Positions 13,951 to 29,800 of a stretch of 64,000 bases of DNA are shown piece by piece. The notes beneath the pieces are model-generated. The model saw only the letters and a list, made by a program, of their open reading frames with translations, did no database searches and was not told the origin of the DNA. Within the stretch, counting starts at the first letter, position 1. The number at the start of each line of letters is the position of its first letter. Origin of the DNA: Neocallimastix sp. 'constans' (lineage: Eukaryota). The translations under genes were made by a program, and so were the position numbers. The stretch spans positions 372,001 to 436,000 of the forward strand of contig JBODTK010000100.1 of NCBI GenBank assembly GCA_050613775.1, given 5' to 3'.

Positions 13951-14346
13951 AAAGCAATAAAATAAATAAATAAACACATAAAAAAATATAAATATCATTT
14001 CTGATTTTAAGTATTATTTAACATTATTAAATATGCATATTTTATATATTTTATATATATTAAAAATTAGATTTGAATAATGAAACAATACTGAAAAATA
14101 CAAAAAAAAAAATTAAATTATACATATTAAATATATAAAATTCACTAATTAGATTTCAATTAAATATAAAACTTTGAATTTATATTAAGTTCAAATTAAA
14201 TATTAAAATAAAATATTAATATTAAAAAATATTTATTAATATAAAATAAAAAATTTTTACAACATGAACTTTTTATTCAATTTTTTTTTAAGTTTAACAG
14301 TTATATTATTTTATTTTATTTTATTTTTTTATTATTATTTTCTTCT

Positions 14347-14387
<41 letters not shown>

Positions 14388-14879
14388 TTTATTTATTTCC
14401 CCTTAATTTTCTTTATATATAGAAATTTGATATAAAATATGACTTTTTATAATATATATATATAGAATTTTTTATTTTTATCTTTTTTTTTTTTTTTTTT
14501 TTGATCTATTTTGGTTTATTTTATTAATTTATTTTTTATTAGATCTAAGGGTAGGAAATGACAATTCATACTTTTGTATATGTGTATCCATCTTTTATAA
14601 TTTGTTTAAAATTAAAGAGCAGTAGATTATAATTCGATTTTTTTACTATTACTTTATTTTTTATTTTTCATCATTTTTTTAATTTCTTCTTTTTTTTTTT
14701 TTTTTTAAAAAAAATTTTTTTCTTGTTTCTAATTTTTTCTTGAATTTTAATTTTTTTTTTTTTTAAATTTCATCTTTGATTTTGATTATTTTATTATATT
14801 TTTTATTATTTTATTATTTTATTGCTTTTTCTTTTGTTAAAATATCATATATTTCAAAGCATGATCCAGAATTATTAGA

Positions 14880-17800
14880 AAATATGTCGGCTTATAAGTA
14901 ACTGTCTAAAAATAAATCTTGTATGTTTCATAATTTCATTTAAATAATTATTGCTGTAATTATCTTTTAACAAGATAAAAAAAATTCAATATAAATATTT
15001 TTATTAAATTATATCTTATGAAATATTTAATAAAAATACTTATAAATTTAATTTCATTATTCACAATAAATCAATAATTTTATCATGAATAATAAAAAAC
15101 TAGACAGTTATATTTTATATTTTTTATTAAATAATAAAATTAAATATGCAGCAACTGTCTAAAAATAAATCATTTATTTATTAAATTCATATCAATAAAA
15201 ATTGTTGTAATTGTCTTTCAACAAGACAAATAAAATTATATAAATACTTTTATTAAATTATTTCTTATGAAATATTTAATAAAAATACTTAAAAATTTAA
15301 TTTTATTATTCACAATAAATCAATAAGTTTATCATGAATAATAAAAAAAATAGACAGTTATATTATATTTTTATTTAATAATATAATTAAATATGCAGCG
15401 ACTGTCTAAAAATAAATTCTATATTTCGTAATTTTATATCAATTATAATTGCTGTAATTGTCTTTCAACAAGACCAAAAAAAAGTTCATTATAAATATTT
15501 TTATCAAATTATTTCTTATGATATTTAGTAAAAATACTTATAAATTTAGTTTTATTATTCACAATAAATCAATAATTTTATCATGAAAAATAAAAAAAAC
15601 AAGACAGTTATATTATAATTTTTTATTTAATATTAAAATTAAATATGCAGCAACTGCCTAAAAATAAATCTTGTGTGTTTCATAATTTCAAATCAATAAT
15701 AATTGCAGTAATTGTCTTTTAACAAGACAAAGAAAAGACTATATAAATATTATTATTAAATTATTTCTTATGAAATATTTAATAAAAATACTTATAAATT
15801 TAATTTTTATTATTCACAATAAATCAATAAGTTTATCATGAATAATAAAAAAACTATACAGTAATATTTTATATTTTTTATTTAATAATAAAATTAAATA
15901 TGCAGCAACTGTCTAAAAATAAATCTTGTATATTTTATAATTTCATATCAAAAATAATTGCTGTAATTGTCTTTTAACAAGACAAAAAAAACATATATAA
16001 ATATTATTATTAAATTATTTCTTATGAAATATTTAATAAAAATACTTATAAATTTAATTTCATTATTCACAATAAATCAATAATTTTATTATGAATAATA
16101 AAAAACTAGACAGTTATATTTTATATTTTTTATTTAATAATAATATTAAATATGCAGCAACTGTCTAAAAATAAATCATCTGTTTCGTAATTTTAAATCA
16201 ATAATAATTGCTGTAATTGTCTTTTAACAAGACATAAAAAAAGAATTTATATAAATAATTTTATTAAATTATTTCTTATGAAATATTTAATAAAAATACT
16301 TATAAATTAAATTTTATTATTCATAATAAATCAAAAAGTTTATCATGAATAATAAAAAAACTAGACAGTAATGTTTTATATTTTTTATTTAATAATAAAA
16401 TTAAATATGCAGCAACTGTCTAAAAATAAATCTTGTGTGTTTCACAATTTCAAATCAATAATAATTGCTGTAATTGTCTTTCAACAAGACAAAAAAGAAC
16501 ATATATAAATATTATTATTAAATTATTTCTTATTAAATATTTAATAAAAATACTTATAAATTTAATTTCATTACTCACAATAAATCAATAATTTTATCAT
16601 GAATAATAAAAAACTAGACAGTTATATTTTATATTTTTTATTAAATAATAAAATTAAATATGCAGCAACTGTCTAAAAATAAATCATGTATTTAGTAAAT
16701 TAATATCAATAATAATTGCTGTAATTGTCTTTTAACAAGACAAAAAAAGAACATATATAAATATTATTATTAAATTATTTCTTATGAAATATTTAATGAA
16801 AATACTTATAAATTTAATTTAATTATTCACAATAAATCAATAATTTTATCATGAATAATAAAAAAACTAGACAGTAATATTTTATTTTTTTTATTTAATA
16901 ATATTAAATATGAAGCAACTGCCTAAAAATAAATCATGTGTTTCGTAATTTTATATCAATAATAATTGCTGTAATTGTCTTTCAACAAAACAAAAAAAAA
17001 GAATATATATAAATATTATAATTAAATTATTTCTAATGAAATATTTAATATAAATACTTATAAATTTTATTTTGTTATTCACGATAAATCAATAATTTTA
17101 TCATGAATAATAAAAAAAACTAGACAGTTATATTTTATATTTTTTATTTAATAAGAAAATTAAATATGCAGCAACTGTCTAAAAATAAATCTTGTGTGTT
17201 TCATAATTTCAAATCAATAATAATTGCAGTAATTGTCTTTTAACAAGACAAAGAAAAGACTATATAAATATTATTATTAAATTATTTCTTATGAAATATT
17301 TAATAAAAATACTTATAAATTTAATTTTTATTATTCACAATAAATCAATAAGTTTATCATGAATAATAAAAAAACTATACAGTAATATTTTATATTTTTT
17401 ATTTAATAATAAAATTAAATATGCAGCAACTGTCTAAAAATAAATCTTGTATATTTTATAATTTCATATCAAAAATAATTGCTGTAATTGTCTTTTAACA
17501 AGACAAAAAAAACATATATAAATATTATTATTAAATTATTTCTTATGAAATATTTAATAAAAATACTTATAAATTTAATTTTATTATTCACAATAAATCA
17601 AAAAGTTTATCATAAATAATAAAAAAACTAGACAGTTATATTAGATTTTTTATTTAATAATAAAATTAAATATGCAGCAACTGTCTAAAAATAAATCTTG
17701 TATATTTTATAATTTTAAATCAATAATAATTGCTGTAATTGTCTTTCAACAAGACAAAAAAGAACATATATAAATATTATTATTAAATTATTTCTTATGA

Positions 17801-20800
17801 AATATTTAATAAAAATACTTATAAATTTAATTTTATTATTCACAATAAATCAATAATTTTATCATGAATAATAAAAAACTAGACAGTTATATTTTATATT
17901 TTTTATTTAATAATAAAATTAAATATACAGCAACTGTCTAAAAATAAATCTTGTGTGTTTCATAATTTCAAATCAATAATAATTGCAGTAATTGTCTTTT
18001 AACAAGACAAAAAAAAATTCAATATAAATATTTTTATTAAATTATTTCTTATGAAATATTTAATAAAAATACTTATAAAGTTAATTTTATTATTCACAAT
18101 AAATCAAAAAGTTTATCATAAATAATAAAAAAACTAGACAGTTATATTTTATATTTTTAAATTAATAATAAAATTAAATATGCAGCAACTGTCTAAAAAT
18201 AAATCTTGGGTGTTTCATAATTTCAAATCAATAATAATTGCTGTAATTGTCCTTCAACAAGACAAAAAAGAATATATATAAATATTATTATTAAATTATT
18301 TCTTATGAAATATTTAATAAAAATACTTATAAATTTAATTTTATTATTCACAATAAATAAAAAAGTTTATCATAAATAATAAAAAAACTAGACAGTTATA
18401 TTTTATATTTTTTATTTAATAATAAAATTAAATATGCAGCAACTGTCTAAAAATAAATCTTGTATATTTTATAATTTCATATCAAAAATAATTGCTGTAA
18501 TTGTCTTTCAACAAGACAAAGAAAAAAGAATTTATATAAATATTTTATTAAATTACTTCTTATGAAATATTTAATAAAAGTACTTATAAAGTTAATTTTA
18601 TTATTCACAATAAATCAATAATTTTATCATGAATAATTAAAAAACTAGACAGTTATATTTTATTTTTTTCATTTAATAATAAAATTAAATATGAAGCAAC
18701 TGCCTAAAAATAAATCATGTATTTAGTAAATTCATATCAATAATAATTGCTGTAATTGTCTTTTAACAAGACAAAAAAAGAACATATATAAATATTATTA
18801 TTAAATTATTTCTTATGAAATATTTAGTAAAAATACTTATAAAGTTAATTTTATTATTCACAATAAATCAATAATTTTATCGTGAATAATAAAAAAACTA
18901 GACAGTTATATTAGATTTTTTATTTAATAATAAAATTAAATATGCAGCAACTGTCTAAAAATAAATCATCTGTTTCGTAATTTTAAATCAATAATAATTG
19001 CTGTAATTGTCTTTTAACAAGACATAAAAAAAGAATTTATATAAATAATTTTATTAAATTATTTCTTATGAAATATTTAATAAAAATACATATAAAGTTA
19101 ATTTTATTATTCACAATAAATCAATAAGTTTATCATGAATAATAAAAAAAACTAGACAGTTATATTTTATATTTTTTATTTAATAATAATATTAAATATG
19201 CAGCAACTGTTTAAAAATAAATCATCTGTTTCGTAATTTTAAATCAATAATAATTGCTGTAATTGTCTTTTAACAAGACATAAAAAAAGAATTTATATAA
19301 ATAATTTTATTAAATTATTTCTTATGAAATATATAATAAAAATACTTATAAATTAAATTTTATTATTCATAATAAATCAAAAAGTTTATCATGAATAATA
19401 AAAAAACTAGACAGTTATATTAGATTTTTTATTTAATAATAATATTAAATATGCAGCAACTGTTTAAAAATAAATCATCTGTTTCGTAATTTTAAATCAA
19501 TATTAATTGCTGTAATTGTCTTTTAACAAGACATAAAAAAAGAATTTATATAAATAATTTTATTAAATTATTTCTTATGAAATATATAATAAAAATACTT
19601 ATAAATTAAATTTTATTATTCATAATAAATCAAAAAGTTTATCATGAATAATAAAAAAACTAGACAGTTATATTAGATTTTTTATTTAATAATAATATTA
19701 AATATGCAGCAACTGTTTAAAAATAAATCATCTGTTTCGTAATTTTAAATCAATAATAATTGCTGTAATTGTCTTTCAACAAGACAAAGAAAAAAGAATT
19801 TATATAAATATTATTATTAAATTATTTCTTATGAAATATTTAATAAAAATACTTATAAATTTAATTTTATTATTCACAATAAATCAATAAGTTTATCATG
19901 AATAATAAAAAAACTAGACAGTTATATTTTATATTTTTTATTTAATAATAAAATTAAATATGCAGCAACTGTCTAAAAATAAATCTTGTATATTTTATAA
20001 TTTCATATCAAAAATAATTGCTGTAATTGTCTTTCAACAAGACAAAGAAAAAAGAATTTATATAAATATTTTATTAAATTACTTCTTATGAAATATTTAA
20101 TAAAAGTACTTATAAAGTTAATTTTATTATTCACAATAAATCAATAATTTTATCATGAATAATTAAAAAACTAGACAGTTATATTTTATTTTTTTCATTT
20201 AATAATAAAATTAAATATGAAGCAACTGCCTAAAAATAAATCATGTATTTAGTAAATTCATATCAATAATAATTGCTGTAATTGTCTTTTAACAATACAA
20301 AAAAAGAACATATATAAATATTATTATTAAATTATTTCTTATGAAATATTTAGTAAAAATACTTATAAAGTTAATTTTATTATTCACAATAAATCAATAA
20401 TTTTATCGTGAATAATAAAAAAACTAGACAGTTATATTAGATTTTTTATTTAATAATAATATTAAATATGCAGCAACTGTTTAAAAATAAATCATCTGTT
20501 TCGTAATTTTAAATCAATAATAATTGCTGTAATTGTCTTTCAACAAGACAAAAAAAAAAGAATATATAAATATTTTATTAAATTATTTCTTATGAAATAT
20601 TTAATAAAAGTACTTATAAATTTAATTTTATTATTCACAATAAATCAATAATTTTATCATGAATAATTAAAAAACTAGACAGTTATATTTTATTTTTTTC
20701 ATTTAATAATAAAATTAAATATGAAGCAACTGCCTAAAAATAAATCATGTATTTAGTAAATTCATATCAATAATAATTGCTGTAATTGTCTTTTAACAAG

Positions 20801-23800
20801 ACAAAAAAAGAACATATATAAATATTATTATTAAATTATTTCTTATGAAATATTTAGTAAAAATACTTATAAAGTTAATTTTATTATTCACAATAAATCA
20901 ATAATTTTATCGTGAATAATAAAAAAACTAGACAGTTATATTAGATTTTTTATTTAATAATAAAATTAAATATGCAGCAACTGTCTAAAAATAAATCATC
21001 TGTTTCGTAATTTTAAATCAATAATAATTGCTGTAATTGTCTTTTAACAAGACATAAAAAAAGAATTTATATAAATAATTTTATTAAATTATTTCTTATG
21101 AAATATTTAATAAAAATACATATAAAGTTAATTTTATTATTCATAATAAATCAAAAAGTTTATCATGAATAATAAAAAAACTAGACAGTTATATTTTATA
21201 TTTTTAAATTAATAATAAAATTAAATATGCAGCAACTGTCTAAAAATAAATCTTGGGTGTTTCATAATTTCAAATCAATAATAATTGCTGTAATTGTCCT
21301 TCAACAAGACAAAAAAGAATATATATAAATATTATTATTAAATTATTTCTTATGAAATATTTAATAAAAATACTTATAAATTTAATTTTATTATTCACAA
21401 TAAATAAAAAAGTTTATCATAAATAATAAAAATACTAGACAGTTATAGTTTTTTAATTTAATAATAAAATTAAATATGCAGTAACTGTCTAAAAATAAAT
21501 CATGGGTGTTTCATAATTTCAAATCAATAATAATTGCTGTAATTGTCCTTCAACAAGACATAAAAAGAATATATATAAATATTATTATTAAATTATTTCT
21601 AATGAAATATTTAATAAAAATACTTATAAAGTTAATTTTATTATTCACAATAAATCAAAAAGTTTATCATAAATAATAAAAAAACTAGACTGTTATATTA
21701 GATTTTTTATTTAATAATAAAATTAAATATGCAGCAACTGTCTAAAAATAAATCTTGTATATTTTATAATTTTAAATCAATAATAATTGCTGTAATTGTC
21801 TTTCAACAAGACAAAAAAGAACATATATAAATATTATTATTAAATTATTTCTTATGTAATATTTAATAAAAATACTTATAAATTTAATTTTATTATTCAC
21901 AATAAATCAATAATTTTATCATGAATAATAAAAAAACTAGACAATTATATATTTTATATTTTTTATTTAATAATAAAATTAAATATACAGCAACTGTCTA
22001 AAAATAAATCTTGTGTGTTTCATAATTTCAAATCAATAATAATTGCAGTAATTGTCTTTTAACAAGACAAAGAAAAGACTATATAAATATTATTATTAAA
22101 TTATTTCTTATGAAATATTTAATAAAAATACTTATAAATTTAATTTCATTATTCAAAATAAATCAAAAAGTTTATCATGAATAATAAAAAAACTAGACAG
22201 TTATGTTTTATATTTTTTATTTATTAATAAAATTAAATATGCAGCAACTGTCTAAAAATAAATCTTGTGTGTTTCATAATTTCAAATCAATAATAATTGC
22301 AGTAATTGTCTTTTAACAAGACAAAGAAAAGACTATATAAATATTATTATTAAATTATTTCTTATGAAATATTTAATAAAAATACTTATAAATTTAATTT
22401 CATTATTCAAAATAAATCAAAAAGTTTATCATGAATAATAAAAAAACTAGACAGTAATATTTTATTTTTTTTTATTTAATAATATTAAATATGAAGCAAC
22501 TGCCTAAAAATAAATCATGTGTTTCGTAATTTTATATCAATAATATTTGCTGTAATTGTCTTTTAACAAGACAAAAAAAAAAAAACATATATAAATATTA
22601 TTATTAAATTATTTCTTATGAAATATTTAATAAAAATACTTATAAATTTAATTTTATTATTCACAATAAATCAAAAAGTTTATCATAAATAATAAAAAAA
22701 CTAGACTGTTATATTAGATTTTTTATTTAATAATAAAATTAAATATGCAGCAACTGTCTAAAAATAAATCTTGTATATTTTATAATTTTAAATCAATAAT
22801 AATTGCTGTAATTGTCTTTCAACAAGACAAAAAAGAACATATATAAATATTATTATTAAATTATTTCTTATGAAATATTTAATAAAAATACTTATAAATT
22901 TAATTTTATTATTCACAATAAATCAATAATTTTATCATGAATAATAAAAAAACTAGACAATTATATATTTTATATTTTTTATTTAATAATAAAATTAAAT
23001 ATACAGCAACTGTCTAAAAATAAATCTTGTGTGTTTCATAATTTCAAATCAATAATAATTGCAGTAATTGTCTTTTAACAAGACAAAGAAAAGACTATAT
23101 AAATATTATTATTAAATTATTTCTTATGAAATATTTAATAAAAATACTTATAAATTTAATTTCATTATTCAAAATAAATCAAAAAGTTTATCATGAATAA
23201 TAAAAAAACTAGACAGTTATGTTTTATATTTTTTATTTATTAATAAAATTAAATATGCAGCAACTGTCTAAAAATAAATCTTGTGTGTTTCATAATTTCA
23301 AATCAATAATAATTGCAGTAATTGTCTTTTAACAAGACAAAGAAAAGACTATATAAATATTATTATTAAATTATTTCTTATGAAATATTTAATAAAAATA
23401 CTTATAAATTTAATTTCATTATTCAAAATAAATCAAAAAGTTTATCATGAATAATAAAAAAACTAGACAGTAATATTTTATTTTTTTTTATTTAATAATA
23501 TTAAATATGAAGCAACTGCCTAAAAATAAATCATGTGTTTCGTAATTTTATATCAATAATAATTGCTGTAATTGTCTTTCAACAAGACAAAAAAGAACAT
23601 ATATAAATATTATTATTAAATTATTTCTTATGAAATATTTAATAAAAATACTTATAAATTTAATTTTATTATTCACAATAAATCAATAAGTTTATCATGA
23701 ATAATAAAAAAAATAGACAGTTATATTTTATATTTTTTATTTAATAATAAAATTAAATATACAGCAACTGCCTAAAAATAAATCATTTGTTTCGTAATTT

Positions 23801-26800
23801 TAAATCAATAATAATTGCTGCAATTGTCTTTCAACAAAACAAAAAAAAAGAATATATATAAATATTATTATTAAATTATTTCTAATGAAATATTTAATAT
23901 AAATACTTATAAATTTTATTTTATTATTCACGATAAATCAATAATTTTATCATGAATAATAAAAAAAATAGAGAGTTATATTTTATATTTTTTATTTAAT
24001 AATAAAATTAAATATGCAGTAACTGTCTAAAAATAAATCTTGTGTTTCGTAAATTCATATCAATAATAATTGCTGTAATTGTCTTTTAACAAGACAAAAA
24101 AAGAACATATATAAATATTATTATTAAATTATTTCTTATGAAATATTTTATAATAATACTTATAAATTTAATTTTATTATTCACAATAAATCAATAATTT
24201 TATCATGAATAATAAAAAAACTAGACAGTAATATTTTATATTTTTTATTTAATAATAAAATTAAATATGCAGCAACTGTCTAAAAATAAATCTTGTGTGT
24301 TTCATAATTTCAAATCAATAATGATTGCTGTAATTGTCTTTCAACAAGATAAAAAAAGATTATATAAATATTTTTATTAAATTATATCTTATGAAATATT
24401 TAATAAAAATACTTATAAATTTAATTTTTATTATTCACAATAAATCAATAAGTTTATTACGAATAATAAAAAAACTAGACAGTTATATTTTATATTTTTT
24501 ATTTAATAATAAAATTAAATATGCAGCAACTGCCTAAAAATAAATCATTTGTTTCATAATTTTATATCAATAATAATTGCTGTAATTGTCTTTCAACAAG
24601 ACAAAAAAAGATTATATAAATATTTTTATTAAATTATATCTTATGAAATATTTAATAAAAGTACTAATAAATTTAGTTTTATTATTCACAATAAATCAAT
24701 AAGTTTATCATGAAAAATAATAAAAAACTAGACAATTATATTTTATATTTTTTATTTAATAATAAAATTAAATATGCAGCAACTGTCTAAAAATAAATGA
24801 TCTGTTTCGTAATTTTATATCAATTATAATTGCTGTAATTGTCTTTCGAAAAGACAAATAAAAGATTATATAAATATAATTATTAAATTATTTCTTATGA
24901 AATATTTAATAAAAATACTTATAAATTTAATTTTATTATTCACAATAAATCAATAATTTTATCGTGAACAAAAAAAAAACTAGACAGTAATATTTTATTT
25001 TTTTTATTTAATAATATTAAATATGCAGCAACTGCCTAAAAATAAATCTTGGGTGTTTCATAATTTCAAATCAATAATAATTGCTGTAATTGTCCTTCAG
25101 CATGACAAAAAAGAATATATATAAATATTATTATTAAATTATTTCTAATGAAATATTTAATAAAAATACTTATAAATTTAATTTTATTATTCACAATAAG
25201 TTTATCATGAATAATAAAAAAAACTAGACAGTTATATTTTGTATTTTTTATTTAATAATAAAATTAAATATACAGCAACTGCCTAAAAATAAATCATTTG
25301 TTTCGTAATTTTAAATCAATAATAATTGCTGTAATTGTCTTTTAACAAGACAAAAAAAACATATATAAATATTATTATTAAATTATTTCTTATGAAATAT
25401 TTAATAAAAATACTTATAAATTTAATTTTATTATTCACAATAAATCAAAAAGTTTATCATAAATAATAAAAAAACTAGACAGTTATATTTTATATTTTTA
25501 AATTAATAATAAAATTAAATATGCAGCAACTGTCTAAAAATAAATCTTGTATATTTTATAATTTCATATCAAAAATAATTGCTGTAATTGTCTTTCAACA
25601 AGACAAAGAAAAAAGAATTTATATAAATATTTTTATTAAATTATTTCTTATGAAATATTTAATAAAAATACTTATAAATTTAATTTTTATTATTCACAAT
25701 AAATCAATAAGTTTATCATGAATAATAAAAAAACTAGACAGTAATATTTTATATTTTTTATTTAATAATAAAATTAAATATGCAGCAACTGTCTAAAAAT
25801 AAATCATCTGTTTCGTAATTTTAAATTAATAATAATTGCTGTAATTGTCTTTCAACAAGACAAAAAAAGAACATATATAAATATTATTATTAAATTATTT
25901 CTTATGAAATATTTAATAAAAATACTTATAAATTTGATTTTATTATTCATAATAAATCAAAAAGTTTATCATGAATAATAAAAAAAACTAGACAGTTATT
26001 TTATTATTTTTATTTAATAATAAAATTAAATATGCAGCAACTGTCTAAAAATAAATCTTGTATGTTTCATAATTTCATATCAGTTATAATTGCTGTAATT
26101 GTCTTTCAACAAGACAAAAAAAAGAATTTATATAAATATTTTATTAAATTATTTCTTATGAAATATTTAATAAAAATACTTATAAATTTAATTTTTATTA
26201 TTCACAATAAATCAATAATTTTATTATGAATAATAAAAAAACTAGACAGTTATATTAGATTTTTTATTTAATAATAAAATTAAATATACAGCAACTGCCT
26301 AAAAATAAATCTTGTATATTTTATAATTTTAAATCAATAATAATTGCTGTAATTGTCTTTCAACAAGACAAAAAAGAACATATATAAATATTATTATTAA
26401 ATTATTTCTTATGAAATATTTAATAAAAATACTTATAAATTTAATTTTATTATTCACAATAAATCAATAATTTTATCATGAATAATAAAAAAAATAGACA
26501 GTTATATTTTATATTTTTTATTTAATAATAAAATTAAATATACAGCAACTGCCTAAAAATAAATCATTTGTTTCGTAATTTTAAATCAATAATAATTGCT
26601 GTAATTGTCTTTCAACAAAACAAAAAAAAAGAATATATATAAATATTATTATTAAATTATTTCTAATGAAATATTTAATATAAATACTTATAAATTTTAT
26701 TTTATTATTCACGATAAATCAATAATTTTATCATGAATAATAAAAAAAATAGAGAGTTATATTTTATATTTTTTATTTAATAATAAAATTAAATATGCAG

Positions 26801-29800
26801 TAACTGTCTAAAAATAAATCTTGTGTTTCGTAAATTCATATCAATAATAATTGCTGTAATTGTCTCTTAACAAGACAAAAAAAAATTCAATATAAATAAT
26901 TTTATTAAATTATTTCTTATGAAATATTTAATAAAAATACTTATAAATTTAATTTTATTATTCACAATAAATCAATAATCAATAATTTTATTGTGAATAA
27001 TAAAAAAACTAGACCGTAATATTTTATTTTTTTTATTTAATAATATTAAATATGCAGCAACTGCCCAAAAATAAATCATGTATTTAGTAATTTAATTTAA
27101 ATAAAAGTTGCTGCAATTGTCTTTCAACAAGACAAAGAAAACAATATATAAATATTAATTAATATCAATAATAATTGCTGTAATTGTCTTTAAACAAGAC
27201 AAAAAAAAAAGAATATATAAATATTTTATTAAATTATTTCTTATGAAATATTTAATAAAAGTACTTATAAATTTAATTTTATTATTCAAAATAAATCAAT
27301 AATTTTTTCATGAATAATTAAAAAACTAGACAGTTATATTTTATTTTTTTCATTTAATAATAAAATTAAATATGCAGCAACTGCCTAAAAATAAATCATG
27401 TATTTAGTAAATTCATATCAATAATAATTGCTGTAATTGTCTTTTAACAAGACAAAAAAAGAACATATATAAATATTATTATTAAATTATTTCTTATGAA
27501 ATATTTAATAAAAATACTTATAAAGTTAATTTTATTATTCACAATAAATCAATAAGTTTATCATGAATAATAAAAAAAACTAGACAGTTATATTTTATTT
27601 TTTTCATTTAATAATAAAATTAAATATGCAGCAACTGCCTAAAAATAAATCATCTGTTTCGTAATTTTAAATCAATAATAATTGCTGTAATTGTCTTTTA
27701 ACAAGACATAAAAAAAGAATTTATATAAATAATTTTATTAAATTACTTCTTATGAAATATTTAATAAAAATACTTAAAAATTTAATTTTATTATTCACAA
27801 TAAATCAATAAGTTTATCATGAATAATAAAAAAAATAGACAGTTATATTATATTTTTATTTAATAATATAATTAAATATGCAGCGACTGTCTAAAAATAA
27901 ATTCTATATTTCGTAATTTTATATCAATTATAATTGCTGTAATTGTCTTTCAACAAGACCAAAAAAAAGTTCATTATAAATATTTTTATCAAATTATTTC
28001 TTATGAAATATTTAGTAAAAATACTTATAAATTTAGTTTTATTATTCACAATAAATCAATAATTTTATCATGAAAAATAAAAAAACTAGACAGTTATATT
28101 ATAATTTTTTATTTAATATTAAAATTAAATATGCAGCAACTGCCTAAAAATAAATCTTGTGTGTTTCATAATTTCAAATCAATAATAATTGCTGTAATTG
28201 TCTTTCAACAAGACAAATAAAATTATATAAATACTTTTATTAAATTACTTCTTATGAAATATTTAATAAAAATACTTAAAAATTTAGTTTTATTATTCAC
28301 AATAAATCAATAAGTTTATCATGAATAATAAAAAAACTAGACAGTTATATTAGATTTTTTATTTAATAATAAAATTAAATATGCAGCAACTGCCTAAAAA
28401 TAAATCATTTGTTTCATAATTTTAAATCAATAATAATTGCTGTAATTGTCTTTTAACAAGACAAAAAAGAAAAAATAAAAATATTTTCATTAAATCATTT
28501 CTTATGAAATATTTAATAAAAATACTAATAAATTTAATTTTATTATTCACGATAAATCAATAATTCTATCGTGAATAATAAAAAAAACTAGACAGTTATA
28601 TTTTTATTAAATAATAAAATTAAATATGCAGCAACTGTCTAAAAATAAATCTTGTATATTTTATAATTTCATATCAAAAATAATTGCTGTAATTGTCTTT
28701 TAACAAGACAAAAAAAACATATATAAATATTATTATTAAATTATTTCTTATGAAATATTTAATAAAAATACTTATAAATTTAGTTTTATTATTCACAATA
28801 AATCAATAAGTTTATCATGAATAATAAAAAAACTAGACAGTTATATTAGATTTTTTATTTAATAATAAAATTAAATATGCAGCAACTGCCTAAAAATAAA
28901 TCATCTGTTTGGTAATTTTATATCAATAATAATTGCTGTAATTGTCTTTTAACAAGACATAAAAAAAGAATTTATATAAATAATTTTATTAAATTACTTC
29001 TTATGAAATATTTAATAAAAATACTTAAAAATTTAATTTTATTATTCACAATAAATCAATAAGTTTATCATGAATAATAAAAAAACTAGACAGTTATATT
29101 ATATTTTTATTTAATAATAAAATTAAATATGCAGCGACTGTCTAAAAATAAATTCTATATTTCGTAATTTTATATCAATTATAATTGCGGTAATTGTCTT
29201 TCAACAAGATAAAAAAAGATTATATAAATATTTTTATTAAATTATATCTTATGAAATATTTAATAAAAATACTTATAAATTTAATTTCATCATTCACAAT
29301 AAATCAATAATTTTATCATGAATAATAAAAAAACTAGACAGTTATATTATATTTTTATTTAATAATAAAATTAAATATGCAGCAACTGTCTAAAAATAAA
29401 TTCTGTGTGTTTAAAATTACATATCAGTTATAATTGCTGTAATTGTCTTTTAACAAGACAAAAAAAGAACATATATAAATATTATTATTAAATTATTTCT
29501 TATGAAATATTTAATAAAAGTACTTATAAATTTAATTTTATTATTCACAATAAATCAATAATTTTATAATGAATAATTAAAAAACTAGACAGTTATATTA
29601 GATTTTTTATTTAATAATAAAATTAAATATGCAGCAACTGCCTAAAAATAAATCATTTTTTTCATAATTTCAAATCAATAATAATTGCTGTAATTGTCCT
29701 TCAACAAGACAAAAAAAGAACATATATAAATATTATTATTAAATTATTTCTTATGAAATATTTAATAAAAATACTTAAAAATTTAATTTTATTATTCACA

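Noticed and set aside
24334..26229. 65-67-aa ORFs inside the satellite
   Set aside because: They are chance open frames in a few monomers. Homopolymer indels break them in the other units.
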